Source: Eledone cirrhosa (lineage: Eukaryota). Taken from it: 64,000 nt of DNA. The notes under the pieces were generated by a model. That model was not told the DNA's origin and made no database searches. It saw only the letters and a list, made by a program, of their open reading frames with translations. Positions 14,165-29,121 of this stretch are shown here, in pieces; position 1 is the first letter of the stretch; the number at the start of each line of letters is the position of its first letter. The stretch spans positions 120,590,001 through 120,654,000 of the forward strand of contig OZ024742.1 in the NCBI GenBank assembly GCA_964016885.1, read 5' to 3'. A program made the translations under genes and the position numbers.

Positions 14165-14910
14165 ACACATTTCAGAGCTGCCAATGTCAATGTTGGTACA
14201 ATGATAAGGTAGCTCTGGTGAAATTGTGCAGAAGCTGGAATGGAGAAGGGTAAATGTGTACTGCGGGCAAGAAGTGAGATAGAGGACAATCTCAACCAGA
14301 CTTTTCGTGGACAAAATTATAAATTCTTATGGGTAGATAACAATGATGGGGTAGGTGGAGAAGGCTACAGTTAGCTAGATACAGTCATTGAGTTAGTCAG
14401 GGTATATAACAAATTTATCAAGCTTAAGCTAGTCGTAGGAAATAACAACTATTGCTATCTCAGTTTACACACCACAATCAGGACTGATTAATTAGCAAAA
14501 GAACCATTTCTATGAAGCCATCTTGCAGACCAGCTTCATAACAAATGGCAGCCTCTTCACTGCAATGGTTAGCAACTATAGTGGACATATTAGACTGCAC
14601 CAGGATGGCTATTCTGAAGTACATGAAAGCTATAGATAGAGCTCAGGGAATGAAAAGAGATCGAGGGTCCTAGAGTTCTGTGCTACAAATTACCTATACA
14701 TTTGCAACATTATCTTGACCAGTCAATTAACTCACTATCAATTAAGCAAGCACACAAGCTAGATTGAATTCATACTCACCAAAAGATGATTGTAAACAGT
14801 AAGTCTTTTCTCAGAGAAGAATACATCACCAGCATAGAGTAGTAATTAGTGATGTTAGAGTTAGATCTAGATTAACTCAGAGAAGCTACAGGAAGGTGTG
14901 GAAATTAAAA
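14165..14910 (+). pseudogene. Decayed APE endonuclease of an RTE LINE
   Basis: Translates with stops and frameshifts to FRAANVNVGTM...RRVNVYCGQEVR...IKLKLVVG...SVYTPQSGL. Confidence 0.7.
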
Positions 14911-16364
14911 ATCCCTTTGGATCCCAACAGTTTTTGTGTGCCTGCAGGGTCAATGGGTACAGCCCTTTCTTCAAGACCATTGAAAGAAATTAAGTGAACA
15001 TGTGAATTTCCACTTCTTGGTAAATACCAGTTGTTGCACTGGGAAATTGTATATGATAATGGAAAAGAAATTAAGATAAAAATAAATATATAATAAATAT
15101 AATAAAGAACAATTATAAATAACTTTTATTTGTTTATTTTTTCTTTAAATAACATCTTTATTTTCTTATATGTTTGTAGCCAGGAGCAACAGTTATAGGA
15201 CTCTTTGATAAGTTATTTCTGTACACATACACACCTTCACACACAAACATACCCCCCCCCCCCCCACATACACACACACACATACACAGCTACAGCCACA
15301 TCCACATAGAAGCCTCAATGGGGTTTACTCAGAATTTATACCTAATGCAAGGTTTCTGTGCTCTCATTCAGAGCAATCCTAATCAAGACCAGATTTACAG
15401 AATTATGTGATTTTCCTCTCCACCCACCCTTATATCCCTCTCCCATATACCCAGACTGTATATCACTGCTCAGATCATGTACTTAACACTTCCTCCAATC
15501 CTTTTACGCCCAGAATCTCAATGTTTTGGGATTTCCCCCTACCCATGCTTTTCTGACATACATTGATCTACAGATATTTAAACTGACAACCAAACATATC
15601 AATCACACTAATCAAGGGGGGATTATGAAAGTCGTGGACACTGTCTCTGCTTCTTTGATGTTTTAAGCCCCTTTCAGTCATGGCTAACCACAAGTTTGCA
15701 CCTGGAAAGTTTCTTTTGAAGACACAAGATAAGAGTTTTGTGAGAGATCAGCAGTTGCCTATGCATACAAATTCTTTAAGCATTTCTGGTGATGTCTAAA
15801 GGAAAGACAAAGCTCAATACAGTTTAGCATCAGTGTCATCACAGGCAAATTCAGAATACAAAGGGCTGAAACAATTCTGCCAATTGATTGGCTTGAACTA
15901 GTACTTTCTATATATAAATTTGAGTGATTTCCGTCTGTCTGTCACACAATGTGTGTGTGTGTGTTTTGTGATTGTATGTGTGTGAATGAGTGTGTGTAAA
16001 AGGAAGGAAGGGGATAGTGAAAAAACTATAGCAAAACACCAGCTGGCATTCCATTTGCTATGCTGTGTGTGAGTGTATGTGTATGTGTGTGTTTGTGTAA
16101 ATGTATGTGTGTGTGTTTGTGTAAATGTATGTGTGTATTTGTGTGAATGTATGTCTGTGAGTGTGTACTTTTGTAAGTGTGTCTGTGTTTCCGCATTTAT
16201 ATTTATATACTCATACATATAAATGTATGCATATGCACATACACACATGCACACATATATACACATACATGTCAGTGTGTTTAAAAAAATCCTAGCATTT
16301 ATAAAACCTAGAGGGATGAAAGACAGAGGTTGACTTCAGTGAGATTTGAACTCAGAATAAATTC

Positions 16365-16806
16365 TATAACACATTTTAACTGTTACAAATATTATAACAC
16401 GTTTTAACTTGTATAAATACTACAACACATTTTAACAGGTATAAACACAACACGTTTTAACTGGTATAAATACTGCAACACATTTTAACTGGTATAAATA
16501 CGACATGTTTTAACTGGTATAAATACTACATGTTTTAACTGGTATAAAAACTACAACACGTTTTAACTCGTATAAATACTACAGCACATTTCAACTGGTA
16601 TAGATACAACACATTTTAACTGGTATAAATAATACAGTATGGTTTAACTGGTATACATACTACAGTATGGTTTAACTGGTATAAATACTGCAACACATTT
16701 TAACTGGTATAAATACATGTTTTAACTGGTATAAATACTACAACATGTTTTAACTGGTATAAATACTACATGCTTCATCTGGTATAAATATTACTACACG
16801 TTTTAA
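16365..16806. repeat. Minisatellite, ~25-31 bp unit TTTTAACTGGTATAAATACTACAACAC(A/G)
   Basis: About 15 variable tandem units seen directly. Confidence 0.95.
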
Positions 16807-17299
16807 TCAATTGCTCTAACAACTTTGCAAATTTGCCACCTTTGACTAATTTATTGAAAGTATATCCTTGCACTACACATATCAGAACAAACAGAGTTCT
16901 ATAAAGTTTTGATTGCATGAGTAATACTTTCAAGTGTTGGTCAAACTTTCTTATGTTGCTGTTTCCTTTTAGGCTTAATGAAGATTCAGTTGATGAATTT
17001 ATAATTAAAAGCCATATTGGATATGATAGTAAATATTGCATGACATTTTATAGTATAGAATTTAAGACTAGACTTGTATTATAGATTTTATTATAGATTA
17101 TATCTTATTAATTATAGGATCTGTGGATAAAGGCATTTTATAGATTCAATAATAGATTATCTCTTATTGGCATTGCTTTACTTATTTTATATCCTTGCTT
17201 TCTTTCTTCACATCTTCTGTCCATTTATCTATTATATCTTCATGACAACATCTTTATTTTAGTGAGACTTTTACAACTATATTAATTATCAACATTATT

Positions 17300-17450
17300 A
17301 TTGAGTTCAAATCCCGCCGAGGTTGACTTTGCCTTTCATCCTTACGGGGTCGATAAAATAAAGTACCAGTAATGCACTGGGTAGTTGCTGGCCTTGTGCC
17401 TAAAGTAGAAACAATTATTATCAGTAGTAGTAGTAGTAGTAGTGGTAGTG

Positions 17451-17535
<85 letters not shown>
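17300..17535 (+). mobile_element. 5'-truncated Meta-type SINE followed by (AGT)n(AGC)n
   Basis: Matches 243-358. Confidence 0.85.
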
Positions 17536-17871
17536 TAGTTCGTTTATTTAAAATTTTTCAGTTATCTATCAATATTTCCATTTCTCCTTCCTCTAAAGAA
17601 TGAGGTAGATGTTGAAAAACATACAAATGATCACACCTGAAAATATTCTGTGGGAACAACTTTAAAACATATAAATATTTTAATTATTACTATTTCCTGT
17701 ATCTCTAATTATATATAACCTGTTAATGTCATTTCATGTCTACCAGCTAGAAATAGATTGACAGATTCATAGTTTTCAGATTTGATAATGATTTAAATTC
17801 ACAAACTGTCAGCAGAATTTTAAAACAACTCTAGTAATTGTCAAACTGTCAGATATGAAAATTGTAACAGA

Positions 17872-18400
17872 GGCATAGCTTAGTAGTTAGTATGTTTGAC
17901 CCATGATCGTAAGGTTGTGAGTTTAATATTTAGTAGTGTGATGTGTCCTTGAGAAAGACTATATTTCATGTCACTTTAGTCCATACAGCTGGAATAATGA
18001 GTTGTACCTGTAATTCGAAGAGTCAGCCTTGTCATGGACTGTGTATCATGCCGAATCTCCCTGAGATGTATGTTAACTCTTTAGCATTAAACCGGCAGTG
18101 TCCGGCCAGAATTCCCTCACCTCTTTCTGTTCAAACTGGCCATAACCGGTTGCTCATACTTATGTTAAGGTATTGTTCTCAAAATAAATAATATCAAAAT
18201 CTTATAGATTCGATATTATGTGAGATAATTATGTGAGGTAAAGCCTTTACCATGAAAATATAATAGCAAATATTGAGTAATGTAAATGGTAAAGGGTTAA
18301 CAGAGCCTATGTTGGTGGAATGATTAGCCACCTGCATGTTAATTGGATGAGTAGGCAGTATCTTTGATGAAACAACTGAAACACTCGTCATTGAAACCAA
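17872..18400 (+). mobile_element. Old CORE-type SINE interrupted by a piggyBac MITE (18077-18296)
   Basis: Degenerate tRNA head and GTGTCCTTGAGAAAGAC core; MITE bounded by TTAA at 18073 and 18297. Confidence 0.7.
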
Positions 18401-18709
18401 CCATGGTCCAATAAGCAAGCAACAGTATAATGAAAGTTCAGTGATAGAGTAAAAATAACAATAAGATATTTTAGTGTACATTAAGGGTACTTTGATGTTT
18501 TAGTGTATATTGAGCTAAAAAAATGAAGTGAATTTCAGAGTGAATATTTCCAGTTTTCAAACATGTATTTTTGTTTGTACAATAATTTGGAAAATAATTG
18601 TTTTATTCTTTTCTTTACCTGGGTAAATTGTTTTGACAAATATTGAGCATTTGTTTGTCCTTATTGTTGTTTTTAAATTTATATCATATGACAGTTTGAT
18701 AAGTGATAG

Positions 18710-18930
18710 GTTTGTGGCAATGGAGACTTCCAGCATGCTTGGCCTCCAAACCACATCTCTACTCACTGCTATTTGAGTGGTATTGGCTACTCGCTAGCGC
18801 AAGCACGGTAAGGTGGAGGCGCTGTTCCAGTGTATCTCCTTCACCACCCTCTGGGGCAATGTCTTCTCTATTCTGTCTGCCAGGACCAAAGGGTGGACTG
18901 ACTCTTAAACAGTGAGTAGTAAATACAGAT
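18710..18930 (+). mobile_element. CRE-like RLE C-terminal fragment (decayed)
   Basis: FVAMETS...LFQCISFTTLWGNVFSILSA, homologous to 44055-44250. Confidence 0.6.
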
Positions 18931-20010
18931 CTCATGCACAGTTTTTCAATTGTCGGTTATTTTAAAAATTGAGTTGTAAGAGACATTATATAAATATATA
19001 CATATTATTGTTGTTGTTAATGCTGTTGTTTAGCACCAGGTCAGTGCTGATGAGTAGATGATGATAAGTGAGACAGTTGTAGTAGTTAATAAGTTTATAT
19101 TTGTAATATGAAGAGATGTGGAAAAGGTGTATGTTATATTCTTACACTAAAGATGTTAGACACAGCACACATGCATCAATGTGTAATAAGTAGTATTAAT
19201 CATATTATTACATCCTTAACTTTTTGACACTACAGTCAATAAATATTCCTGTCAATTACTGAACAAGAAAGCTTCTACATGGTTGATCAACCTGTTAGAA
19301 ATAGCAGCCAAATTTCAATCAAAACCACAATTTATTCTCTTAAGAAATGAAGGTCACATTGTATATGTAATGTAGTCCTGAATATACTATGTCTGAATAA
19401 AAGACATAATTGTCACAGATGTAATATCTTTCATCATAAATCCATGTGTTTTATCAATGCTAAACAACTTTAAACACTATTCTTATGTAAAACTGTATGT
19501 GTTAAAACAAATCAAATGATCTGCTAGTGGTAATTATATAAACCAGTATTACCTGTTTCATGGTCAAGCCATTGGTGGTTGAACAGGCAATGCCACTGTA
19601 AGGTCACATCTTGATGTGTAGAGAGTAAATGGACATGCTGACAGGCCATAAAAAAACAAACAATACAATATCTACAAGAGCAGACAAACTGTATAAAGAG
19701 TTAACAGGTCCATTAAGGCTTTTTAGTCTAGTATTACTAACTCTCTTGGCAGACTTTACATCTGGTTATTTCCCTCAGATATACCAGCCTTGCTGTTTCT
19801 CTGACCCAAGAAGGTGAAAGAAGATGACTTATACTAGTTCTGACTTTTATTATCACTATACCATCTGGATTACCAACCACTTCACATGTTAAGGTAAACT
19901 GTAGTTACATATATTGATGGCTGTTCATTGGTGCTGTTTCTTCATTGTTGGAAATAACAGACACATATCATGCCATACAAAATTGTTGCTTGTAATGTGT
20001 GTGTGTTTAA

Positions 20011-20231
20011 CCCTTTAGCATTTAAACCGGCTGTATCCGGTGAGAACTCTCTCACCTTTTTCTGTTCAAACCAGCTGTAACCAGCCACTTATAATTATGT
20101 TAAGGTATTGTTCTCAAAATAAATAATATCAAAATCTCATAGATTCAATATTATGTGAGATAGTTATTTGAGGTAAAGCCTTTACTGTGAAAATACAATA
20201 GTATATGTAGAATAATGTAAATGCTAAAGGG
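20011..20231 (+). mobile_element. piggyBac-type MITE
   Basis: TTAA flanks at 20007 and 20232; perfect CCCTTTAGCATTTA TIRs. Confidence 0.85.
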
Positions 20232-20611
20232 TTAAAATGATGATCTGTCTGTATGCTTAGAGTTCTATTCAATACTTGCTTTCCATTATCATATTTTTAA
20301 TGAAATAAACCCACTTCAATTAATTAATGAAGAATTTTGAGGATGTTACTAAAATTATTTATTATTATATAAGGTTCTTATATATACTTTTGTTGGAATG
20401 TTTTAATTTATATAGGAATCATTTAAAATGTATGGTTTTGTATCATAGAACCAGAAGTAGTTTTTGGGTGGGTTGGTATAAAAAGGATCAAACAGGTAAG
20501 AATGATAGAGGAAAAGTAATGCTAGAATGCCAGATTAAATGTCTTATAATATTTATCTTCATTTCACTACATTTGAATGTGTATACATTCAAACACACAC
20601 ACATACACGTG

Positions 20612-21900
20612 CATGTTCCCAAAATTGGAACACCTGCAAAATTCTTGATTTGAAAAAAGTATGCAAAATCCTTCCAATAGAAATCCACATTTCTAGCTAA
20701 ATTTAATTGCTATGGTGATGTGATTACATTTTTAGAAATTTTAACAAGTATTTTGTGTTTTATATTTCTTATTTTATTTTTATTTTTTATTCCTAAATCT
20801 TAGTTTTGTTCTTTTATTTAGAATTTTCTTAGAAAACTTCTTTCCCATTCAGATTTGTTATTTTTTACTTTTAATTTATCTAATTCAATAGAGCAGTGTC
20901 TCTATAGTTCCTGCTAAAAGTAATAAATATCCATATTTTTCCAAGAAAAGAAGGATTCATTCATTTTATGATGGCCATAGCAACAGGATGATCAAAAGAT
21001 GTAATGAAAAGAAGAGAATTAAGCATTCCATTAGCCAGCAGATATAAAACAGGCAAATAAGAGCAAGAGAGAGAGAGAATGAACCAGTAGAAAGAAAGAA
21101 AAGAGACTCAAAGTTTAAAAGAGAAGTCTCACAACATAATCTCTGGTGACAGGAAGCTTTCTTACCAAAATGTTTCAAGCAACAGAAGGAATAGATACAG
21201 ACATTTCATTAAATGTAGTTGTAGGGTGGAGATCTCTGATCAAATTCAGAATTCTTAAGAAGATTTGTACCCTAAATATCCCACTTGTTGAGAAAAATAT
21301 ATTAGATTGAAGAAGGCAGTTTCTGAAAGAGTACAAAGAAGAGAGTGGCTATTTCTTCCAAAATCCTCCCAGACAAAGCAAAATTTCCTCTCCCTTCAGA
21401 GGGACATGTTAGGTATCAAAGTAAATTATCTTAAAAAAAGTTCAGGAAAAATTGTTTATAACTATGCAATGGTATAATGATGCAGAGGTGCCTAATCAGA
21501 CAAGGTATTTAATCATTCTCTGTCTGTAACGAAAATGACACTGCATAATATTACAAAGAAGTTTTACAAAATCTTTTTCTCCCCAGACAAATTGACTATA
21601 CAAGATGCCTACACATTTTTGCCAAATTAATGAAAAAATTTCTCTAAGATCATGAAATAAAGACTTTGTTTTGATTTGGACAATGTCCAGACCTGAATTC
21701 TATTGAAAATTTATAGGAGTTCAACATGTCAAAACTTAATTAAATATCTTTATAAAAGCAAAGATTTTATTTATTTGTGGGTGTACAGGAAGAAAGGTAC
21801 TAATAAGAAACAATGTTATTTTGAAAGCTCATTGGCAATTTGATTAAAAGAATTAAAATGACTACAAGATAGTCACTCAGAAACATTGAGTATTAAAAAA
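20612..21900 (+). mobile_element. Decayed Tc1/mariner transposon
   Basis: TIR-like CCCAAAATTGGAACACC at left; CPDLNSIENL motif at ~21685-21715 (Tc1 SPDLNPIENLW); boundaries approximate. Confidence 0.6.
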
Positions 21901-23045
21901 AATCAGTTAAAGAATGAAAAAAAACAATAATTGAAAAGCCACAGTAGTGTGACATAACGTTTCTGTTAGATAGTCATCCATAAAACTGAAATGAACTACA
22001 AACAGTGCACAAGCTTTTATTGGCAAAATGACACTTCTAAAGTACAATAATATTGATTTCAGTACACAATTATGCATACAAAAATAAATGAAGCATCTTA
22101 TATATCTATGAAGTAAGACTGAACTTACAAAATGTTTTTCTATCATGCAAAAATCACAACACATAAATTACCACTATAAAATAGTTGAGAATAAATTGAG
22201 GATATAACACATTGTAGCAGAAAAGGGGGATAAAAGGGGATAATTGTCTGTGGGACATAAACCTCACATCTGCCTGTATGCTAGAAAGCTGTGTTACTAT
22301 TACACTAAAGAAACTAGCCAATCAATTCAGCCTATTCTAATGCTGATATCTTATCAGCTAGAGGATAAACAAATGAATTGTCTATGAAGCATATATGATA
22401 GTTAGACTGAAATTTCAAAATATGATTTGCTATCATTCAGAGTATCATAACATAAATTATAACTATATAAAATAGTTGGGAATAAATCACAGATATAAAC
22501 CTTTGAAGTGAAAAAAGTTCCAGATGTGTGGTTTATGACCCCCCAGATGATTATCCATTTTTCTATCTCAAGGGATTATATACCTGGTTTACTATCAACA
22601 ACTCTATATAGTCATAATTTATGTGTTGTAGTATTTTGTATTATAGCAAAACATATGTTGAAATACAAAAATAAAATATTAAATTTTCATTATGTGTAAA
22701 GATTATTTCGATTTTAAAATAAATTTGAATACAATAAATGATTTGAGCCAACAAAATTAAACACATGTGAAAATAGAATTCTTTTATTGTTTGGTAGTTT
22801 CACCAATTGTACTGTGGCCATGCTGGAATACAATTATCTAAACATGTGTTGTCAGAAATTTTAGTGGGTATCAGGTTCACACCCTTGTTTACATGACCAA
22901 TTCCCTAACCACTACTGAGCTTGTGCATGTGTGTGTGTGTGTGTCTGTGTGCACACATGAACATGTGTGTCTATATAAAATAGAATATACTATGATAATA
23001 TAATATAATATCATATCATATTATATTATATTATATTATATTATA

Positions 23046-23955
23046 CTAGCAGTGGTACCCGGTGTTGCACGGGATAAGCTATTTTGGAACGCGGGCCGCC
23101 AACAGACCTAATCGTGGAAAAACTGCATGCCTGGACAATATGTAAAGAAAATAAACTGAATACTCTGATGACTGGATAATCTTTAAGATTTTCCTCGATG
23201 AAGCAGGAAAAATGCAGGTTTTCAATTAATGCGGGCTCTAGGGGATCAAGAAAATGAATATTTTTTATGTGCATAATATGCTTTGAAATTTCGGGAAAAA
23301 TTGGCTAGACGTAACGCCTCCAAAAAGCCCTAAAAAGTTGAAAAAGTGAAGTTTTTCACCTAATGCGGGCCCTAGGCCGTAAAAAAGTTGGATTTTCTTT
23401 GCTCACGGTATGAAGAAGAGACTGACTAATACATAGTTACAATTTCAAGGAAATCGGTCTGACGTAACGCCTCAAAAAACCCCCCAAAAGCTTAAACAAC
23501 GCAGTTTTTCACCTAATGCGGGCCCTAGGAGACAAAATGTTGAATTTTATGTGCATATCACTCCCTGAAACATAAGTAATACACATGTAAAGTTTGAAAA
23601 AAATCGGCTGGGTACTTCTCGAGTTTTAGGAATTCAAACTCTCACACACACACACACAGACATCCTCAGAGAAGTGACGTAATGCAGACACCAGACATAC
23701 AGACAGATATTATAAGGGCACGACGTTATATGTATGTATCTATCTAAAAAGAGAAAGACTAAGAATTATAGAGAGAGATCGCTAAATCGCCTAATGCGGT
23801 CCCTAGGGCATATAAATTTGAAAACCCTTTTGCTCAGAACACTCCCTGAAACATAAGTATCACATGTGTAAAGTTTGAAAACAGTCGGTTGGGTGGTTCT
23901 CGAGCTTTAGGGATTCAAACACACACAAACAGACAGACATCCTCAGTTATATAGA
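23046..23955 (-). mobile_element. Non-autonomous Helitron in an (ATATT)n tract
   Basis: Minus strand starts TCTATATAA and ends in hairpin CCCGTGCAACACCGGG then CTAG|T; internal CCTAATGCGGGCCCTAGG repeats. Confidence 0.8.
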
Positions 23956-23982
23956 TATTATATTATATTATATTATATTAGA

Positions 23983-24032
23983 TGCATCTGATGACTGAGG
24001 CATGTTTTTGTCTTGAAACTGCTGATAATGCA
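23983..24032 (+). ncRNA. Solo minimal hammerhead motif (stem III decayed)
   Basis: TGCAT-CTGATGA-CTGAGGCA/TGTCTT stem II-GAAA-CTGCTGA-TA-ATGCA; 5-bp stem I. Confidence 0.55.
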
Positions 24033-24102
24033 AAGTTAAGTCAAACTGTTAATATATATACTCTCAACTTCCTCATTATATTTGATTGCACTTTTTTTTT
24101 GT

Positions 24103-26270
24103 CATCATTATCATCATTTTTATGTCTGCTTTTCTATGCTTGCATGGGTTGGATGGGTTCTGTTCAGCATGGAATCTCTCCACAGGTCGCGGTCCTTCCT
24201 CATCTCCTCTTCCTGTCTTAGCGACTTAAATGCAGCTCTCACAATCTCTGCCCAGGACTTTCTTGGTTGTTCTCTAGTGTGGCTTCCTTCCACTAGGATT
24301 TCCTGACATTTCTTCACCCATCGGCCATTGTCCATGTGCATCACATGTCAACACCAACACAGTCTTCTCTCTTGCACATCATCTTGGATTCCATTTAAGC
24401 ACAGCTTCTCCCTCAGCTCATCCAAGCTCTACCTTTCTCTCACATTTACATTGCACATCCAACGAAACATGGCTGCATCATTTCTCTCCAGTCACTGCAT
24501 GTCTTCTGCAGTCACTGCCCATGTTTCACAACCATGCAGCATCACGCATCGCATGCAGGCATCATACAGTCTTCATTTTGTACGTAGGAAGAAACCTTTT
24601 GTTGTTAGCAAGAGGAACAGTTCTCTAAACTTCTTCCATCCTATCCTTATACTAGCTATTGTACTTTCGGTGCACCCTTCTCTGCTGCTAATTAGGTCAT
24701 GAAGATAGCAGAAGCTATCAACCAAGTCTATGGGTCCTTCCTGAGACTAGAATAGATTTATATCATTAGCACTCATCCTCTCAATTTCTCCTGTGCATCT
24801 TCTACATGCAAAGTTCTCCCTTTCTGTTAGTCTACTTGTTATCCCACTACATCTTTTATGTACCCAAGATTTACATTGTGTACATTGTATGAAGTTTATG
24901 CCTACTCCTTTTTTGCATATTGAGGGAATCTGGGTCCTATCTTCTCTCCTACTCACTAGCACTTTACTTTTAGCCAAGTTTACTTTCAGACCTTTTGAAT
25001 CCAAATTTAGTTTCCATAACCGGAATTTATTACCTAGTTCTTTTTGGGTTTCAGTTATGAGGACCAAATTATCTGCTTAGAGAAGTTCCCATGGCTAGCC
25101 CATTTTAAACTTCTCTGTATGGCCTGAAGAACTATAATGAACAGCAGTGGGCTAAGAACTGAACCTTTATGTACGTCTACTCTCACTTTACTAACAGCTC
25201 CTCTTGCTCTCACAAGCCATTCTTCTACACCTGTTTACCTTAACAACCACCAGATAATAGATTGAGGTACTCTGTCAAAGGCCTTCTCTAGATCAACAAA
25301 AGCTAAATATAGTGGGCATCTCTAGTACTTTTCCCAGGCATGAAATCAAACTGTATCTCATCTATTTTGACTTTTTCCCTAATTAGCTGCACTATAACTC
25401 TTTTTGTCATTTTTATAACTTGGTCCATTTGTTTTATTCCTCAATAGTTGCTCCTTACTAAAGCATCACCTTTGCCCTTGTAGCAATTTATGGTTGTACT
25501 GCTGCACCAGTCATTGGGTATGATTCCATCATGTATAACTTGGTTTACTATACAGGTTACAAGCTTGACTCCTACCTCTCCCATTGCTTTTAGCATCTTA
25601 GCAACTATTTTTGATGGTCCCGCAGCTTTACCATTCTTCATTTCCTTGATTGTGTCTTTGACCCCAAAACTATCAACTTCAATAGCTGGTCCTTCCTTTG
25701 GGTAAGTTCCTCCCATTCATTCTCTACATTTATCAATCTCTCATAATAACATTTCTTGGCCTTTCTTTGGGGCATCAGAGGTGCTATGTGCATCAGTATC
25801 ATTTCTAACACATTTTCCCCAACATCTCGATTCACACTCACACACTGCCTTCCAAAACAGAACACCTCACATCTCTGATCCTCACATCTCAAGATATTGG
25901 CAAATTTATATTCTTTAGCCTCTCTCCGACATGTGTATACCTGTCTCCTAGCTTCTTTCTTAGTTAATTGGAACCGGTCTCTGCTACCCCCATTTTCCCA
26001 GTCTTTCCCAGCTTGTCTTTTGGCTTTAATGGCTTTAATGTACTGTGCTGTTCCACCGCCAGGTCACCCTATCTGGCTGGAACTTTACTCCAGCCACATG
26101 TCTTGCCAGTAGTTCACAAAAGGTTGTGTAAGAATTTCCAGTTGCCCTCCATGTTATATATATCTAGCTCATCATCCTTCTCATCAAGTACATCCTGTAG
26201 GCCCTTTCTAAACCTATATTCAGCCAAGAGGTCCTTTAGCTTCCACACCTTCCATAGGTGTCAACGAAAA
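24103..26270 (-). mobile_element. Degenerate RTE LINE
   Basis: Broken minus-strand ORFs with GKAAGP, INCYKGKGDAL, WVHKRCSGI and PRKSW motifs. Confidence 0.9.
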
Positions 26271-26274
26271 GCAA

Positions 26275-26910
26275 TCAGTACTCAATGTAAATGTTGTTGG
26301 CATTAAGAAGGACATCCAGCTGTAGAAACAAGCCCAAATCAGTTCTGTATGAGTGACATGTTCACCTGACCTGGCCTATCACACAATAGAACAACTCATC
26401 TAACCCATGCTAGTGTGGAAAATGGGCATTAAATGGTGAGGATGATATATATATATATATGACAATGTCTCTGGACCGAGACCTTTGGCGCTATGCAGTA
26501 ATACAGAAGACCCGCCTTGCCTATGTACAAAGCGAAACCTACAGTCAGTAGGCACCTCTTAACCAAATATACACCCCAATCTACTACCCCTACCCTATCC
26601 TCCCATTCCCACCAACAGCACGAGAAAATGAGATCGAGTTTGTGTAGGTGTCACAACAAAAAAACACACACAGTCCACGCTGTAATGTGGCCGTGTAGGT
26701 AACATGGTAAAAAGTTACCAGTTCCACACTGTAAATGTGGTTGGTGTTAGGAAGGGCATCCAGCCATAGAAAACCTGCCAGATAGTCCTATATGAGCGAG
26801 ATACGGTCACCTGACCAGCCTTGCCTCAAGTGGGACAACTCACATCTAACCCATGCTAGCGTGGAAAACGGACATTAAACGAAGATGATGATGATGATGA
26901 TGATGATGAT
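26275..26910 (+). mobile_element. Two RTE 3' ends separated by (TA)n
   Basis: GGTGTTAGGAAGGGCATCCAG...AACCCATGCTAGCGTGGAA 3'UTR and (GAT)n tails. Confidence 0.85.
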
Positions 26911-26924
26911 ATAATATGCACCAG

Positions 26925-27578
26925 TGCTATGAAGACTGAAACACTTGTCCTCTCAAGAAAGCCTGTGCAGTGCACTCCACTGAAGCAAGTGGATAAGTTC
27001 AAGTATCTTGGGGTCATTTTTATGAGTAATGGAAGGCAGAAGGTGAAATTAAATGCCAGAATTGCAGGAGCTGGTGCAGTAATGTGCCAGCTTCAGCATG
27101 CAGTCATCAGAAGAAGGAAGGTAGGTGCAGAAGGTAAACTCACTATCTTCAATTCAGTATTTGTGCCAACCCTTACCTATGGTCATGAATCTTGGGTAAT
27201 GACCAAAAGAATACGATTGTGAATACAAGTGGCCGAAATGGGGTTCCTCAAAAGGGTCTTTGGAGTAACATTACTCGACAGAGTGCATAGTTGGAAGATC
27301 AGAGAGTCACTCCAGGTAGAGATTACAGTTCTGGTATTATGGACATGTGGTTAGTATTTTACAAGCAAAACCAACTGGCATGAGACCCAAGGGTAGATCC
27401 CGAGCAAGAATAACATCCATGAGCTTGGCTGGTCTTACTTGGAGATCCAGCTGGATCATTTGGAGAAGGTTGCTTCTGACAGGACATGTTGGAAGGTATG
27501 TGTGAGAACTCTGCCTCAATAACCATCTCAAGAAGAAGAAGAAGAAGAAGAAGAAGAAGAAGAAGAAGAAGAAGAAGC
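26925..27578 (+). mobile_element. 3' fragment of a different RTE-like LINE with (GAA)n tail
   Basis: VDKFKYLGV...PTLTYGHESW; GHV and RPKGR remnants; (GAA)n at 27530-27577. Confidence 0.8.
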
Positions 27579-28020
27579 TATGTAGGCTGAACTATAAGTT
27601 AATGATAATATACTTGTAAACTCATGGCCTACTAAGTTCTCACAGGCAACTTTAGACAATAATTTCTCACAGAATCTGTTTGATCTATCTTAGATCGATC
27701 CTTACAGGAAATGTTTATAAATTGTTCTAAGAATATATGAATAAAATGGAAAAATATATTTTTTTATCAGCTCAAATACATGGAAGTAAAATATATGTCT
27801 ACTGTTTCTTAAATGCTTGCATCTAGAAACTACATGCCACCCCACCACATAAACACACACATATAGTGTCTGTTATTATTTAGCTTTTACAGTTTAACAG
27901 TTCAAATTTTAAATATTTTATTCACCAGGGTTGTGTTAATTTGATTTAAAGAAATTTTTAAGAACTTATTCTCAACTTTTTAATATTATTACTGTCTCGT
28001 GAACTCTCCTTTAATATATA

Positions 28021-29067
28021 CTAGCTGAGTAGCCCATCGTTGCCAGGCAATAATCACAATAGTATGCCTTTATTTCAATTTTTTTTTATTCCATGCCTGA
28101 CCATGTCTTTCCCGAAGGATAGTCTGCTTGATGAGGATAGATTTCTTTATTAAGTGGGTCAATTTATAATGTTTGTATAAACAATGTTTATTGTTTTTCC
28201 ATCTGGTGCATAGATGTAAAGATACTTCTGACTTCCTGCTCTTGAACATCCAACGTAAAGCTGACCATGGGTGAAGCAGAGCTCTTCAAGGTGTAAACTG
28301 CCAACCAAAAATGTTTGCCCTTGCAATTTGTTGATGGTCATGGCAAAACTAAGACTCACTGGAAATGGAAGTCATTTGAATTGAAATGGCACATCAGTGG
28401 GGATAAGTAGAATTCTTGGAATGAACACATCCTCTCCCTTACCACATCCTGTTGAAATGGTGGCTTGAATCACGTGTGGATACATATTTTTCACAACCAA
28501 TTGAGTGCCGTTGCATAGCGTTGGTGGGTCTAAATTCCTCAATAACATGATGGTGCTCCTTCTTTAAGGTGAAGGACATGTGGAGGCATTCCTGATGGTT
28601 TTAATGAGTTGAGGAACTCTGTCAGGTAATTGACAGATTCCGACTGTTCCACCACAGTGTCAACATATTGATGGAGCTTCGAAACTGTTGGAATTCTTTT
28701 TAACAGCTATTGATTTATCAATTTTACAGTCACATTTTGAGGGCCAATATAGCGCTTTCACCGAGCCACTTGGGACTTGCAAACTGGGAACACTTTTTCT
28801 ATGAGATGGAATAATGAATCCACCATTGTGCCTATGGCACTTATATCAATAGCTCCTTTGTTATCTACAGGAAGTCTTCTGACTCCAAGCATTAATAGAT
28901 TCTGGGGGAACAGCTCTGATTGTTCGTCTCACCCAAGATATGCCCTCATGTTTGTAGCGACCTTCAAAACTTTGATAGAAGTCCAAAGTGTTGATTTTTT
29001 TCAGACTCGAATTTCATCAATCCTATTGCTTTTTTGGAATGACTGGGAGAGTTTGTCTAAAATCCCT
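28021..29067 (-). mobile_element. Helitron 3' portion with PIF1-like helicase pseudogene
   Basis: Minus strand GDFRQTLPVIP, NMR, NLDPPTLCNGT, FAMTINKLQGQT, FTHGQLYVGCSR; 3' hairpin then CTAG at 28021-28024. Confidence 0.92.
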
Positions 29068-29081
29068 TACTACTACTACTG

Positions 29082-29121
<40 letters not shown>

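Noticed and set aside
16365-16806. Repeat-spacer-like array
   Set aside because: The variable parts are only slippage variants of one unit; an ordinary minisatellite
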